A stretch of 64,000 nucleotides of DNA, taken from IMG/VR virus record IMGVR_UViG_3300010354_000045, positions 64,001 to 128,000 of that record, one strand, 5' to 3'. A program made the position numbers and the translations under genes. Below the pieces are notes generated by a model that was not told the origin of the DNA, did not search any database, and saw nothing but the letters and a program-made list of their open reading frames with translations. Positions 15,101-21,198 of this stretch are shown here, piece by piece (position 1 is the stretch's first letter; the number at the start of each line of letters is the position of its first letter). This DNA is from a virus.

Positions 15101-16955
15101 TACAACTTATGATTCTGCAAATTTAATCGGATTAAGATTCCCAACAGCTCCGCCTGCAGGATCAGTTATCAACTACATTATCGCAAGCGGACAATCTCAA
15201 TCATTTGTAGCTACTAAGATTGAAAGGATTGCTGCAAATGGAGGAACATCGTATTTACTAACTAATCCAATTGGAAATTCAAAACCTTACGAAAGTAGCA
15301 TGATAGTTAGGGTAAACCAAGAGATACTTAAAGGTCCTGACACTAGTTACTTTACAATTAAAAATAATAGATTAAATTATCAATTAGATGTTACTAGATT
15401 TCCTCCGTTAAGCGTAGATGCAAATACAATTAAAGTTTATGCAAATGGAGAGGAGTTAGCAGTCGGTACTGATTATATTCTTGACTTACAAGGTGTTACT
15501 GTTAAGATTAATAAATCCACTTATTCGAAATATTCTGGAAAATCATTAGCTGTATCAACAAGTCAAGATAGTCAATATGAATACAATCCTTCAACTAAAA
15601 CTATTACATTTGATAATTCTTATTCTTCGTCGGATGTAGTTGAAGTAACAACATTCTATAGACATGATATATTAGAAATTGGAAGATCAAATGTTAAAGT
15701 CCAAACAAATTCAGTATTAGTGGCAGACTCGGTTGAATATTTTAATTACAGGAATGTGTTAGGCGGTGAAGTTATTTTAGATCGTCCAGTATTAAGTGAC
15801 GCATATGTATGGATAACAAAAAATAATCTATTATTAACTCCCGGGTATGATTATAAACTATTAGATAATAAACAAACTGTAAAATTAACAGTAAACCCTG
15901 TATTAAATGATGAAATTACTGTTATAACCTATAGCAGTAATATTGTAATTTCTGGAATAGCATATATGCAATTTAAAGATATGCTTAACAGGGTACATTT
16001 TAAAAGATTAAGTTTATCAAAACAAACTCAGTTATCAGCGGCATTGAATTATAATGATTTAACAATTCAATTAGTTGATGCAACAAATTTTGATACTCCA
16101 AATCCAGCTATTAATAAACCTGGTATAATTGAAATACACGGTGAAAGAATAGAATATTTTACTAAAACCGGAAATATTTTAGGACAACTTCGTAGGGGAA
16201 CTTTAGGTACAGGTACTAGAAAACAGTATCCTGCTGGTCAGTATGTACAAAATATTAGTTCGTCGGAGAATTTGCCATATACTGAAGATTTAGTTGTAGA
16301 GCAATTAACATCGGATGGCACTAACTTATTAAATATTTCTTTTGTTCCAAAAAAATCATCAGCTTCTTGGACATACGATGCGGGTTATGTTTCTTCAATA
16401 CCTTCTAATTACGGTCAAGCAGATGACATTGAAGTGTTTGTTGGAGGATATGATACTACAGCAACTTGGGAAACAAACACTCAATATGCAGTAGATTCTA
16501 TAGTTAACTATGGAAGTTATATGTACATCTGTCTAACTTCACACACAAGTTCAAATACATTTAAAGAAGACTATGCTAAATGGAAATTATTCATAGGGAA
16601 TATTCGATTACAAAAGAAACCTTACAAAATCTTTAATATCAATAACGGTCCAACAAGTCCGGCAGCAGATGTACAATTAGATGCTGATTTTGCTGTTGAT
16701 GGCACATCAACACAAATTCGATTAACCACAAAATTAACTGCTGGTGTTAAAGTTACAGTTGTAAGAAGGACTGGAAAAATTTGGGATAGTTCAACAAACA
16801 TTTTAAATGAAACAAATGCAATCGCAGAATTTTTAAAAGCTGAGCCTGGCATTTGGTATACAAATGTAGATAGAGCAGAACAAGCAACAGCATCATCGTG
16901 GGATAACACTAACGTTACGTTAGATGCTAACAATGTAACATTTGACAAAGGATAA
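3156..16955 (+). CDS. Giant (4,599 aa) virion structural protein, probable baseplate/wedge-associated adhesin
   Basis: Overlaps the wedge gene. Contains W-x5-Y-x2-G-x2-V-x-Y repeats (CBM5/12-like), FG-x-S repeats (FG-GAP propeller-like), I-I-S-S-G-S-G-Y repeats and beta-rich Ig-like repeats. Confidence 0.7.
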   Translation: MADNVNPYEGKVSSSNFLPRFYKTDSNKKFLNATLDQLIQPGQVKKINGFVGRQNSKSTVKSDIFLNAPTSTRQNYQFEPGAVIKDDLGNTTFFKDYQDYINQLSVFGANVTNHSRLNSQEFYSWDPHIDWDKFINFQNYYWLPYGPDTIKIYGKEQEVASTYSVYVESQGDANAYIFLPDGVTRNPTIKLYRGKTYTFSINSPGNPFSFKTVRTPGNLDRYVTSGLTGVAVESGLITFNIPVNCPDILYYVSENDVDLGGTVHILSENENTYIDVNKEVLGKKTYTLKDGTKLSNGMKVSFGGNVFPVNYASGEYYVEGVGAAIKLVNDQLLNFVSSYTITKSIPFESEPYGQGAFSDTTAYAGVLDYIVINRASKDRNPWSRHNRWVHKNVIDASAKFNGKVADIDQSFRAVRPIIEFEADLRLYNFGTVSAGEVDLIDTYTKDVFSTIEGTAGYNIDGVSLAAGQRILFVADTDSFVKNKIFRVEFIDVQHLSNGSRQIHLVLEAEPEVDQTVLVKQGTINQNKTFWYNGTDWKEGQQKLAPNQPPLFDVVDQDGISFGNAETYNGTSFTGTKLFSYKVGASGITDSKLGFKLSYKNISNFGDIVFSFNLLSDTFQYKESVDVFTKSISTGYLSKLNVTNNIVYVNGWQTSDVSRSQAAVRIFKNSTLTNNFDIDIFDDINDLDDLIVKVYINGIRLDSSKWSIVNGNVYKKIVLDHDIGSNDVLSLRAFAKQPINNNGYYEIPINLQNNPLNSQLEEFTLGEVSDHVNSIVENLNDFSGVFPGESNIRDLGNITCFGTKFIQHSGPAGLSLYHITSQDNNVIRAIEKSRDDYNTFKRNFISIANSLGLDASPELQVNEILRILNKDKPKESPYYFSDMVPYTGCVKKIFTIADPRIKTYPLVTVFDLTSLSNKSVIVYLNDNQLLYGKEYDFDNQGFVVIKANMSVDDKLTVCEYETTDGSFVPETPTKLGIWPKYEPKIYKDTTLVTPRWMIQGHDGSQVLAYGNYDQGGLPDFRDALILELEKRIFNNIKVNYDSKIFDIFDIIPSYNRQTEYSLEEFNEILAPSFYKWTTLIDRDFTKPLTFDRNNPQTFNYKGHVAPDGRVVPGYWRGIYRWIYDTDRPNLCPWEMLGFTLEPSWWIDQYGPAPYTKDNLIMWQDISEGIVREPGKPEIRLTKFAKPFLMKHIPADENGLLLSPIISGVAQGIISQSTGGDFIFGDVSPIEGAWRRSSHYPFSVLITSLLMFPSKVFGALLDRSRVVRNKTNQLVYSETQLRITPKSVVLPNIYSSDKRLQTSGIINYIINYIISDNLKSYKSYRYDLDNINFNLSYRLAGFSSKEKFNLLLDSRSPASSGSVFVPKENYNLILNSSSPIKKITYSGVIITKLYDGFEVKGYSRTQPYFKYYEWTDPGLEINIGGISETFSVWTSNQRYYPGKVVQYNNRYYRVVVDHTSTASFESEKFQILSQLPIIGGKTSYIRKGWDRTSTITVPYGTKFRTIQEIVDFLLGYGEWLKDQGFVFDEFNNNISTITNWETSAKEFLFWTTQNWSVGQDKWKEWLPNAATPYESIVRYNGDYYRAIRLSPPSETFIQDDFVKLDGLSTIGSSVISLSPAAAKLIFETEYSVVDDIKNQFNGYEIFKVDGTPIEPKFLNSYREDNAVSYSPQGDDGIYGATFYLVQKEQVLLVDNSTMFNDTIYTLESGYKQDRIKVSGYVSINWDGSFNAPGFIFDQGKISNWESWKDYALGDIVKYKEFYYSALKFLPGSETFVSSDWVKLEQTPAPALLPNWNYKASQFEDFYSLDSDNFDSGQQKVAQHLIGYQKRQYLENIIKDDVSEFKFYQGMIIEKGTQNVLNKLFDVLSAEGEESLKFYEEWALRVGQYGASGSFDNIEFVLNEDLFKNNPQGFELVKQIDKNKVDFVIRQTPNDVYLKPLGYNSNPWPELKTYNSFLRSAGHVRQDEVLMTVKSLNDLLSSDITKFTDGDCVWCTFDKDSWNVYRYTNTNYVVKDAVYNSSLKQVILTIDGVVNQIVGDYLGIDNVTGFSGFYKVESVTVNTINLSTTKSVSIASPFIEQNKIIISKFVSQRVSTIDNIDSAISSKLKTGDLIWADAHSSNFWTTWEYKAVYSSGALSAPEFTDRLNFGKNISVNTAGTVLASQVSSGQVYVFNKAGISTPWIQKQVLSKIYSGTTSAIDIATVLSISPRGTWLVTGTPTASQVKTTTLGTLVIASETGSNNLLNNHGAVSIYQRDVNGFYTLIATVLNSTPTDGEKFGSSIVVSEEVIYIGAPGTNKVCKLIYNGTSWNYSTVISGTGTNFGYKLALSYDVSTLAVSSFNQDSGVVRVYKNDTLEDTISTPSSTLQNKFGLSITLNDDGSYIAIADPEDESANSVLVNQGAVFAYRYNTITSSYELYQRLVNYNTEGAQFFGTTISFMNNDKTLVIYSSNADSRSFTIFDANSTTFDSEQTEFVERQPDSGRVDIYDMYLTKWVYSESLNNPGNNTDGFAVGFSVASNNIILGSPYSITQGLITGKIYSYTKNVGDYSWNKKHYEISKPDVSKIKRVFLYNKRENNLLDYLDTVDPNQGKIPGIAEKEIKYKTFYDPAIYSLGTSLVNVDEGAAWGKEQVGALWWDLRSAKFINSYDADVVYRNNTWNTLAVGASVDVYEWVQSTLKPSEWDNQSDTESGIALGISGTSLYGDSVYATSIKYDNISKSKKTTYYYWVKNKKTVPNTLGRSMSASDVSLLISNPRGQGYRHIAFTGLNSFSLVNVKELVVDKDTILSVEYWTSIKTDQNIHTHWTIVSEDTVNLPSSVEQKWFDSLCGKDSYGRLVPDTSLPPKLKYGIENRPRQGIFVNRFEALKQFIEKTNIELLSRQVIGNKDISPLEEYDKEPSLVSGHYDVSVLTDAELSFTSLSSFTKPVLSPIISNGRITGIDIISSGSGYVVAPYLDIFGSGTGAVIRSKINTKGQIVGVDIISSGYGYNDSTTVSVRNYSVLVQADSQTSNTWAIYSYDPNSSSWSRSRSQTYDVRKYWSYVDWYANGYNQFTAIDRLVDNFSNLIDQDIKIGETIKVTTTNLGTWVLLEKYANSNSVDWTQSYKIVAQEKGTIQFSKSIYSFEGTTIGYDGAAYDGSIFDNVASYELRIILDTIKNNIFIDDLRSIYMSLFFSNVRYALSEQYYIDWIFKTSFVKAKHIVGGLKNSVTYQNDNLENFEDYILETTPYRTKVREFVSLYSKTDPSQVSVTDFDLQPIYDNNTKQLKSIDSFVSATGEINVSDSSINLYPWKHWLDNVGYKITELKIVDNGSGYLLPPTVTIVGDAKIKATARAFIANGKVNRIVLLTFGEGYIKAPTVVIDGGLSTNGVNARAVAIIGNGVVRSNFIKIKFDRITKNYFITNLQETETFAGTGSRKQFNLKWAPDTRVTVSSVVVDGVDVLRDDYTLSSIKITTATGYTSYIGSILFENAPSLGSSISVTYIKDWDMLNAADRIQYYYNPTTGQLGKDLSQLMTGIDYGGVIVNSLGFETGSGWGSGGFYTDKWDSYDSTFDDYITTTSAGQYIFTLPYTPQINTVLNVYHAKNSSTTVIANGTQKEYTFDYRITRPTVTVSKSTTTAGTNTSGSTTLTLSSTAGIVAGDLVIMTVNYNSVNYTPIVYGTTVKSITNSTQIILDQIITNYGPNPLAPQTTIPAGTAVTFIRTLTRGINLDILSNGTAILKDIPVSGSSVTISGLLTPVRIDDPFYGTVNQTNPAAVMQSILATGTSNQVSIPQTYVVANGDQIIIRKITSDGSVKPNETDYDTSLTGGELAEYSSATGLAADDIIVDGDEFVSPINSSAPEEVVPGQVVDSVAIKVYDRPQSASVTVLVDNYFGNGSNKTFAISQTLNSNQAVLVKVGSSIKTIVDDYTVDYSKKEINFVVAPTANSSVTIISFGFAGQNLLDVDYFVADGITTEFITKAPWLSSVNSLVYVNGNQTTPLLFKTDTTYDSANLIGLRFPTAPPAGSVINYIIASGQSQSFVATKIERIAANGGTSYLLTNPIGNSKPYESSMIVRVNQEILKGPDTSYFTIKNNRLNYQLDVTRFPPLSVDANTIKVYANGEELAVGTDYILDLQGVTVKINKSTYSKYSGKSLAVSTSQDSQYEYNPSTKTITFDNSYSSSDVVEVTTFYRHDILEIGRSNVKVQTNSVLVADSVEYFNYRNVLGGEVILDRPVLSDAYVWITKNNLLLTPGYDYKLLDNKQTVKLTVNPVLNDEITVITYSSNIVISGIAYMQFKDMLNRVHFKRLSLSKQTQLSAALNYNDLTIQLVDATNFDTPNPAINKPGIIEIHGERIEYFTKTGNILGQLRRGTLGTGTRKQYPAGQYVQNISSSENLPYTEDLVVEQLTSDGTNLLNISFVPKKSSASWTYDAGYVSSIPSNYGQADDIEVFVGGYDTTATWETNTQYAVDSIVNYGSYMYICLTSHTSSNTFKEDYAKWKLFIGNIRLQKKPYKIFNINNGPTSPAADVQLDADFAVDGTSTQIRLTTKLTAGVKVTVVRRTGKIWDSSTNILNETNAIAEFLKAEPGIWYTNVDRAEQATASSWDNTNVTLDANNVTFDKG

Positions 16956-16958
16956 AAA

Positions 16959-18080
16959 ATGACACAACAAATTATTAATGTTGGAAATACAACTAATGAT
17001 GGCACTGGAGATACCTTAAGGGTTGGCGCTCAAAAGATTAATAATAATTTTACAGAGCTATACGGCACCGTTAATTACTTGTCTAATTACACTTTTAGCA
17101 TACCAACAGCTTCAACTTCTGTAGCTGGACTAGTAAAAGTTGACGGTAGCTCAATCACAATTACAAGTGGAACAATATCTGCGACCCCCTATACATTGCC
17201 AACTGCAACTACTTCAGTACTAGGTGGTGTCAAAGTTGACGGAACATCGGTTACTATATCTAACGGTGTAATATCGGCTACTGCACCTTATATATTGCCA
17301 ACTGCAACTACTTCAGTACTAGGTGGTGTCAAAGTTGACGGAACATCGGTTACTATAAACGGTAGCGGAGTTATTTCTGCAGTCACTTCGTACTCATTAC
17401 CAACCGCAACTACTTCAGTACTAGGTGGTGTCAAAGTTGACGGCACTACTATTACTATAAACGGTAGCGGAGTTATTTCTTCAGCCGCAGCTTATTCATT
17501 ACCAACCGCAACTACTTCAGTACTAGGTGGTGTTAAAATTGATGGAACATCAGTTACTATAAACGGTAGCGGGGTAATTTCCGCCGTTACTTCATATTCA
17601 TTGCCTACAGCTAGTACTTCGGTGCTAGGTGGTGTTAAAGTTGACGGTACTTCAATTACTATAAACGGTAGCGGAGTTATTTCTACCGTAGTAACAGGAC
17701 TTAGTTCTAGAATAAGCCAAAGTGGAACAACTGCAAACATTGCAAACAATGCTTCAGATGAAATTAGAATAACAGGATTTAAATCTTATATGTTGTTACA
17801 GATTCAAACTTCTGCAGCGGCTTGGGTAAGATTATACACATCTCCTGCAACACGTACTAGTGATTCTGGCAGAACACAAGGTCAAGATCCTAATCCAGGA
17901 TCAGGAGTTATAGCAGAAGTAATTACAACAGGCGCTCAAACATTATTAATGAGTCCTGGGGTTCTAGGTTTTAACAGTGAATCCCCTGTATCAACAGATA
18001 TTCCAATGACTATAACTAACCTTAGCGGCGGATCTGCTGCAATAACTGTTACATTGACATTATTAAAATTAGAGAACTAA
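16959..18080 (+). CDS. Fibre/baseplate protein with T4 gp9/gp10-like N-terminus and six tandem ~33-aa repeats
   Basis: N-terminal INVGNTTNDGTGDTLRVGAQKINNNFTELY motif; repeats YxLPTATTSVLGGVKVDG. Confidence 0.7.
   Translation: MTQQIINVGNTTNDGTGDTLRVGAQKINNNFTELYGTVNYLSNYTFSIPTASTSVAGLVKVDGSSITITSGTISATPYTLPTATTSVLGGVKVDGTSVTISNGVISATAPYILPTATTSVLGGVKVDGTSVTINGSGVISAVTSYSLPTATTSVLGGVKVDGTTITINGSGVISSAAAYSLPTATTSVLGGVKIDGTSVTINGSGVISAVTSYSLPTASTSVLGGVKVDGTSITINGSGVISTVVTGLSSRISQSGTTANIANNASDEIRITGFKSYMLLQIQTSAAAWVRLYTSPATRTSDSGRTQGQDPNPGSGVIAEVITTGAQTLLMSPGVLGFNSESPVSTDIPMTITNLSGGSAAITVTLTLLKLEN
17088..17690 (+). repeat. Intragenic tandem repeat, 6 units of ~96-102 nt
   Basis: Near-identical DNA units ccaactgcaactacttcagtactaggtggtgtcaaagttgacgg recurring at about 17199, 17298, 17400 and 17502, with diverged first and last units. 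Confidence 0.9.
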
Positions 18081-18081
18081 A

Positions 18082-19761
18082 ATGAGTGAATTAAAAAAGT
18101 TTATTGTAACATTATATCATCATGAAGATCTAGATCAATTTTATAATGATATGGAGACCCCTGGCGGGGGTCTGTATTATCCTGATAGAGAAGTTGACGT
18201 AGCAGCAAGAAGACCTAACAGCAGGAATACACATTATTGGTTAACTACTGAAGAAGCAGAGCTAATAAAAATGGATCCAAGAGTTATGGATGTAGTCCCA
18301 GAAGAACTAATAACTTTGACTAGACGTCCGGCATACACACAAACATCCTCAAATTGGAATAAACAGTTTGTTAACACAAACACTCATGTTAATTGGGGGT
18401 TATTAAGATGTTTTGAAGGACAGCAACGAGCTAATTGGGGAGAGAATGGTACTCTAACACAAACAGGAACAATAACAATTAATGCAGAAGGCCGAAATGT
18501 TGATGTTATTGTTGTTGACGGTCATGTTAATCCCGATCATCCAGAGTATGCAAAAAATTCCGACGGAACCGGTGGTTCGAGAGTAAATCAATATAATTGG
18601 TATCAACACACAAATGCAATAACTGGCAGCTCAAATGGCACATATGTTTATACACCGTATGTTGATCCTAGCTATCCAGATTATGATCTTGATGGTGAAT
18701 CAGACAGGACCGGTGATAACAATCACGGAGCTCACGTTGCAGGCACTGTTGCAGGAAACACACAAGGTTGGGCAAGGTCCGCTAATATTTATAATATAAG
18801 CCCATATTCAACAAATCAAAATGCCGATGCGGTTACCTATCTTTATGATTATATAAAAGAGTTTCATAATAATAAAGCCATAAACCCAGCAACGGGTAGA
18901 AAGAATCCAACTATAATGAATTGTAGTTATGGTTCATCTATACAATGGAACCAAGGAGTTTTTGGTGTTATAACTCGTGCTGTTTACAGAGGTGTCGACA
19001 CCGGTGTTGTCGCAGGAGGACTATCGACTGCACAATTAAATGCTAACGGTATATATGACCGTTTAAATAATAAAAGTCCTGTAGTTCCTTACTACTCATC
19101 GGCTGACCAAGTTGACATAGAAGATTTAATCAATGCCGGAGTTATCATAGTAGCTGCTGCCGGCAATGATTTTTTCTATACATCTAATGTTACCGATCAA
19201 GATTGGAATAATTATTTTTATGCTACTTATAACGGTGTTAATTACATTTGGTACTACCATAGAGGTTCGGCACCAGCAGCTATAAGTAATGTAATTTCAG
19301 TTGGTGCAGTTGGAAATACAGTTAATGAAACTAAAGCAACTTTTAGTAATAATGGTCCCGGCGTTGATATATTTGCCCCAGGCCGTGCCATTATGAGTTC
19401 CTTGAATGATGGTGGCACCACAGACCCAAGAAATGTCAGTTATAGGATAGGAAAGTATCAAGGAACTAGCATGGCTAGTCCTCAAGTTTGTGGGTTACTT
19501 ACCTGTGTATTAGAGACATATCCAAGTATGACTCAAGTAAAGGCTAGAGAATACATTACAGCAACAGCTAAAACTGGACAAATGACCGATACTGGCGGAA
19601 GTTATACAGATCAAACTTCTTTAAATGGAGCACCAAATCGTTATCTTTCGTATAAACAAGAACGTCCAACATCGGGAGATGTTTATCCAAAAAAAGATTA
19701 TTTTATAAGACCATCTACAGGAAGTGTTTATCCAAGAACTCGCATTCGAAGGACATTATAA
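18082..19761 (+). CDS. Subtilisin-like S8 serine protease with N-terminal prodomain
   Basis: Catalytic triad motifs VIVVDGH, HGAHVAGTVAG and GTSMASPQV; oxyanion-hole motif AAAGND. Confidence 0.92.
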   Translation: MSELKKFIVTLYHHEDLDQFYNDMETPGGGLYYPDREVDVAARRPNSRNTHYWLTTEEAELIKMDPRVMDVVPEELITLTRRPAYTQTSSNWNKQFVNTNTHVNWGLLRCFEGQQRANWGENGTLTQTGTITINAEGRNVDVIVVDGHVNPDHPEYAKNSDGTGGSRVNQYNWYQHTNAITGSSNGTYVYTPYVDPSYPDYDLDGESDRTGDNNHGAHVAGTVAGNTQGWARSANIYNISPYSTNQNADAVTYLYDYIKEFHNNKAINPATGRKNPTIMNCSYGSSIQWNQGVFGVITRAVYRGVDTGVVAGGLSTAQLNANGIYDRLNNKSPVVPYYSSADQVDIEDLINAGVIIVAAAGNDFFYTSNVTDQDWNNYFYATYNGVNYIWYYHRGSAPAAISNVISVGAVGNTVNETKATFSNNGPGVDIFAPGRAIMSSLNDGGTTDPRNVSYRIGKYQGTSMASPQVCGLLTCVLETYPSMTQVKAREYITATAKTGQMTDTGGSYTDQTSLNGAPNRYLSYKQERPTSGDVYPKKDYFIRPSTGSVYPRTRIRRTL

Positions 19762-19783
19762 ATTTTTATTTTAAAAGGTTAAC

Positions 19784-20539
19784 ATGAAAGAAAATTTTAT
19801 AGAAGGAGAAGGTATAAGTTTGACTTTAGTAAATGGCAAAATAGCTATTACTAATACTATGCCAAATAGAAATACATTTTCTTCTGTGATAATAAACAAT
19901 GATCTAGTAGTAAATTCTTCCTCACATACTGATAATCTTAAATTATCAAGCAGTAACTATATTAATATTACTGTTGACTCAAATGTAATAAATTTTTCTT
20001 TAGATACAACAAATATTAAAGCCAATGTAACTAGTGAATATATTAGTGCAAAAAATTTAAAAATTTACGGCAATACTGAAAAATTAAAAGAAGATCATAG
20101 ATTACTAGCTGAAGAATTATATGCTCTTAATCAGATTATAGAAAGTTTAAAAACAACAATAGCAGCTACTTATAATCAAATAATTTATTGGTCAAAAGAA
20201 GATACTTTACTTGGCGAAGAGCAGAGAGAAACTTTTAAAATTCAATATGCAGATTTAAATAAAGAACTAGGAAAACTTAACGATCAAGCATTTAAAAAGA
20301 TGCAAAGATTAACTAAATTAGAAAATTCGTTTTTTTCGCCTAGCGTTGATTTAACTTACAATACAGAAAATGCCGAATTGCAATCAAACAAAGTATTTAG
20401 ATCTCCGTTTGTTTTAGAAAATCTTACAGAAAATCAAAAAGCGGCAATTATTGATCCTACTACTGGTAGAATGATTTATAATACAACAACGAACAAAGTT
20501 CAAGTTTTTGCCAAAAATACATGGATTGATTTGCATTAA
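19784..20539 (+). CDS. Hypothetical virion protein (central coiled coil, C-terminal WxDLH module)
   Basis: Lies in the structural operon; its C-terminus resembles that of 25267..26685. Confidence 0.5.
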   Translation: MKENFIEGEGISLTLVNGKIAITNTMPNRNTFSSVIINNDLVVNSSSHTDNLKLSSSNYINITVDSNVINFSLDTTNIKANVTSEYISAKNLKIYGNTEKLKEDHRLLAEELYALNQIIESLKTTIAATYNQIIYWSKEDTLLGEEQRETFKIQYADLNKELGKLNDQAFKKMQRLTKLENSFFSPSVDLTYNTENAELQSNKVFRSPFVLENLTENQKAAIIDPTTGRMIYNTTTNKVQVFAKNTWIDLH

Positions 20540-20558
20540 ACTAGCATATTTGACTATT

Positions 20559-20566
20559 GATAAATA
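20559..20566 (+). promoter_or_regulatory. Putative late promoter GATAAATA
   Basis: TAAATA core like T4 TATAAATA, intergenic, 20 nt upstream of an ATG; the motif recurs in other intergenic gaps. Confidence 0.6.
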
Positions 20567-20586
20567 TAGAATAAAGAGAGATTACT

Positions 20587-21195
20587 ATGGAAAGTAAAGA
20601 TTTAACTGGTGTACATGTGGAAGGACATATTAAAATATGGTATCCTGAGACAGGTGAAATTGCCGTCAACAAACGTAATGCAATTCATTATGAAAACATG
20701 AGTATTGCATTAGCTCAAAGTTTGGGAAATAGCGGTTCTGGTTTTATCTACCAACTTGCTTTAGGTAATGGCGGAACAACAGTGGATCCTACTGGAATTA
20801 TCACGTACCTAACACCTAACAGTTCTGGATCAAATGCTAGTTTATATAATGAGCAATATGCAAAAGTAGTTGATGATAGATCGACTAACAATGTTGATCC
20901 TACAAGAAATTATATTGAAACAAGGCATGTTACAGGAACAAATTACACTGATGTATTTGTCACATGTTTATTAGATTACGGTGAACCATCGGGACAATCA
21001 GCATTTGATAATGCTACAAACAACGACGGTAATTTTGTTTTTGATGAATTAGGGCTAAAAAGCTATAGTACATCAGGTACAGGTCTTTTACTAACACATG
21101 TAATATTTCATCCAGTTCAAAAATCGTTAAACAGATTAATACAAATTGATTATACTGTTAGAATTCAAAGTTTGACAGGTCTAGCAGGAGTTTAA
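20587..21195 (+). CDS. Conserved virion/baseplate protein
   Basis: Beta-rich; LDYGEPSGQ, FDELGL and LLTHVIFHPVQKSLNR motifs resemble baseplate/tail-collar-associated proteins; structural operon context. Confidence 0.55.
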   Translation: MESKDLTGVHVEGHIKIWYPETGEIAVNKRNAIHYENMSIALAQSLGNSGSGFIYQLALGNGGTTVDPTGIITYLTPNSSGSNASLYNEQYAKVVDDRSTNNVDPTRNYIETRHVTGTNYTDVFVTCLLDYGEPSGQSAFDNATNNDGNFVFDELGLKSYSTSGTGLLLTHVIFHPVQKSLNRLIQIDYTVRIQSLTGLAGV

Positions 21196-21198
21196 TAA

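Noticed and set aside
17088-17690. Direct repeats as a CRISPR array or DGR template/variable repeat
   Set aside because: The units are in-frame coding repeats without unique spacers; there is no cas or reverse transcriptase gene, and differences are not adenine-specific.
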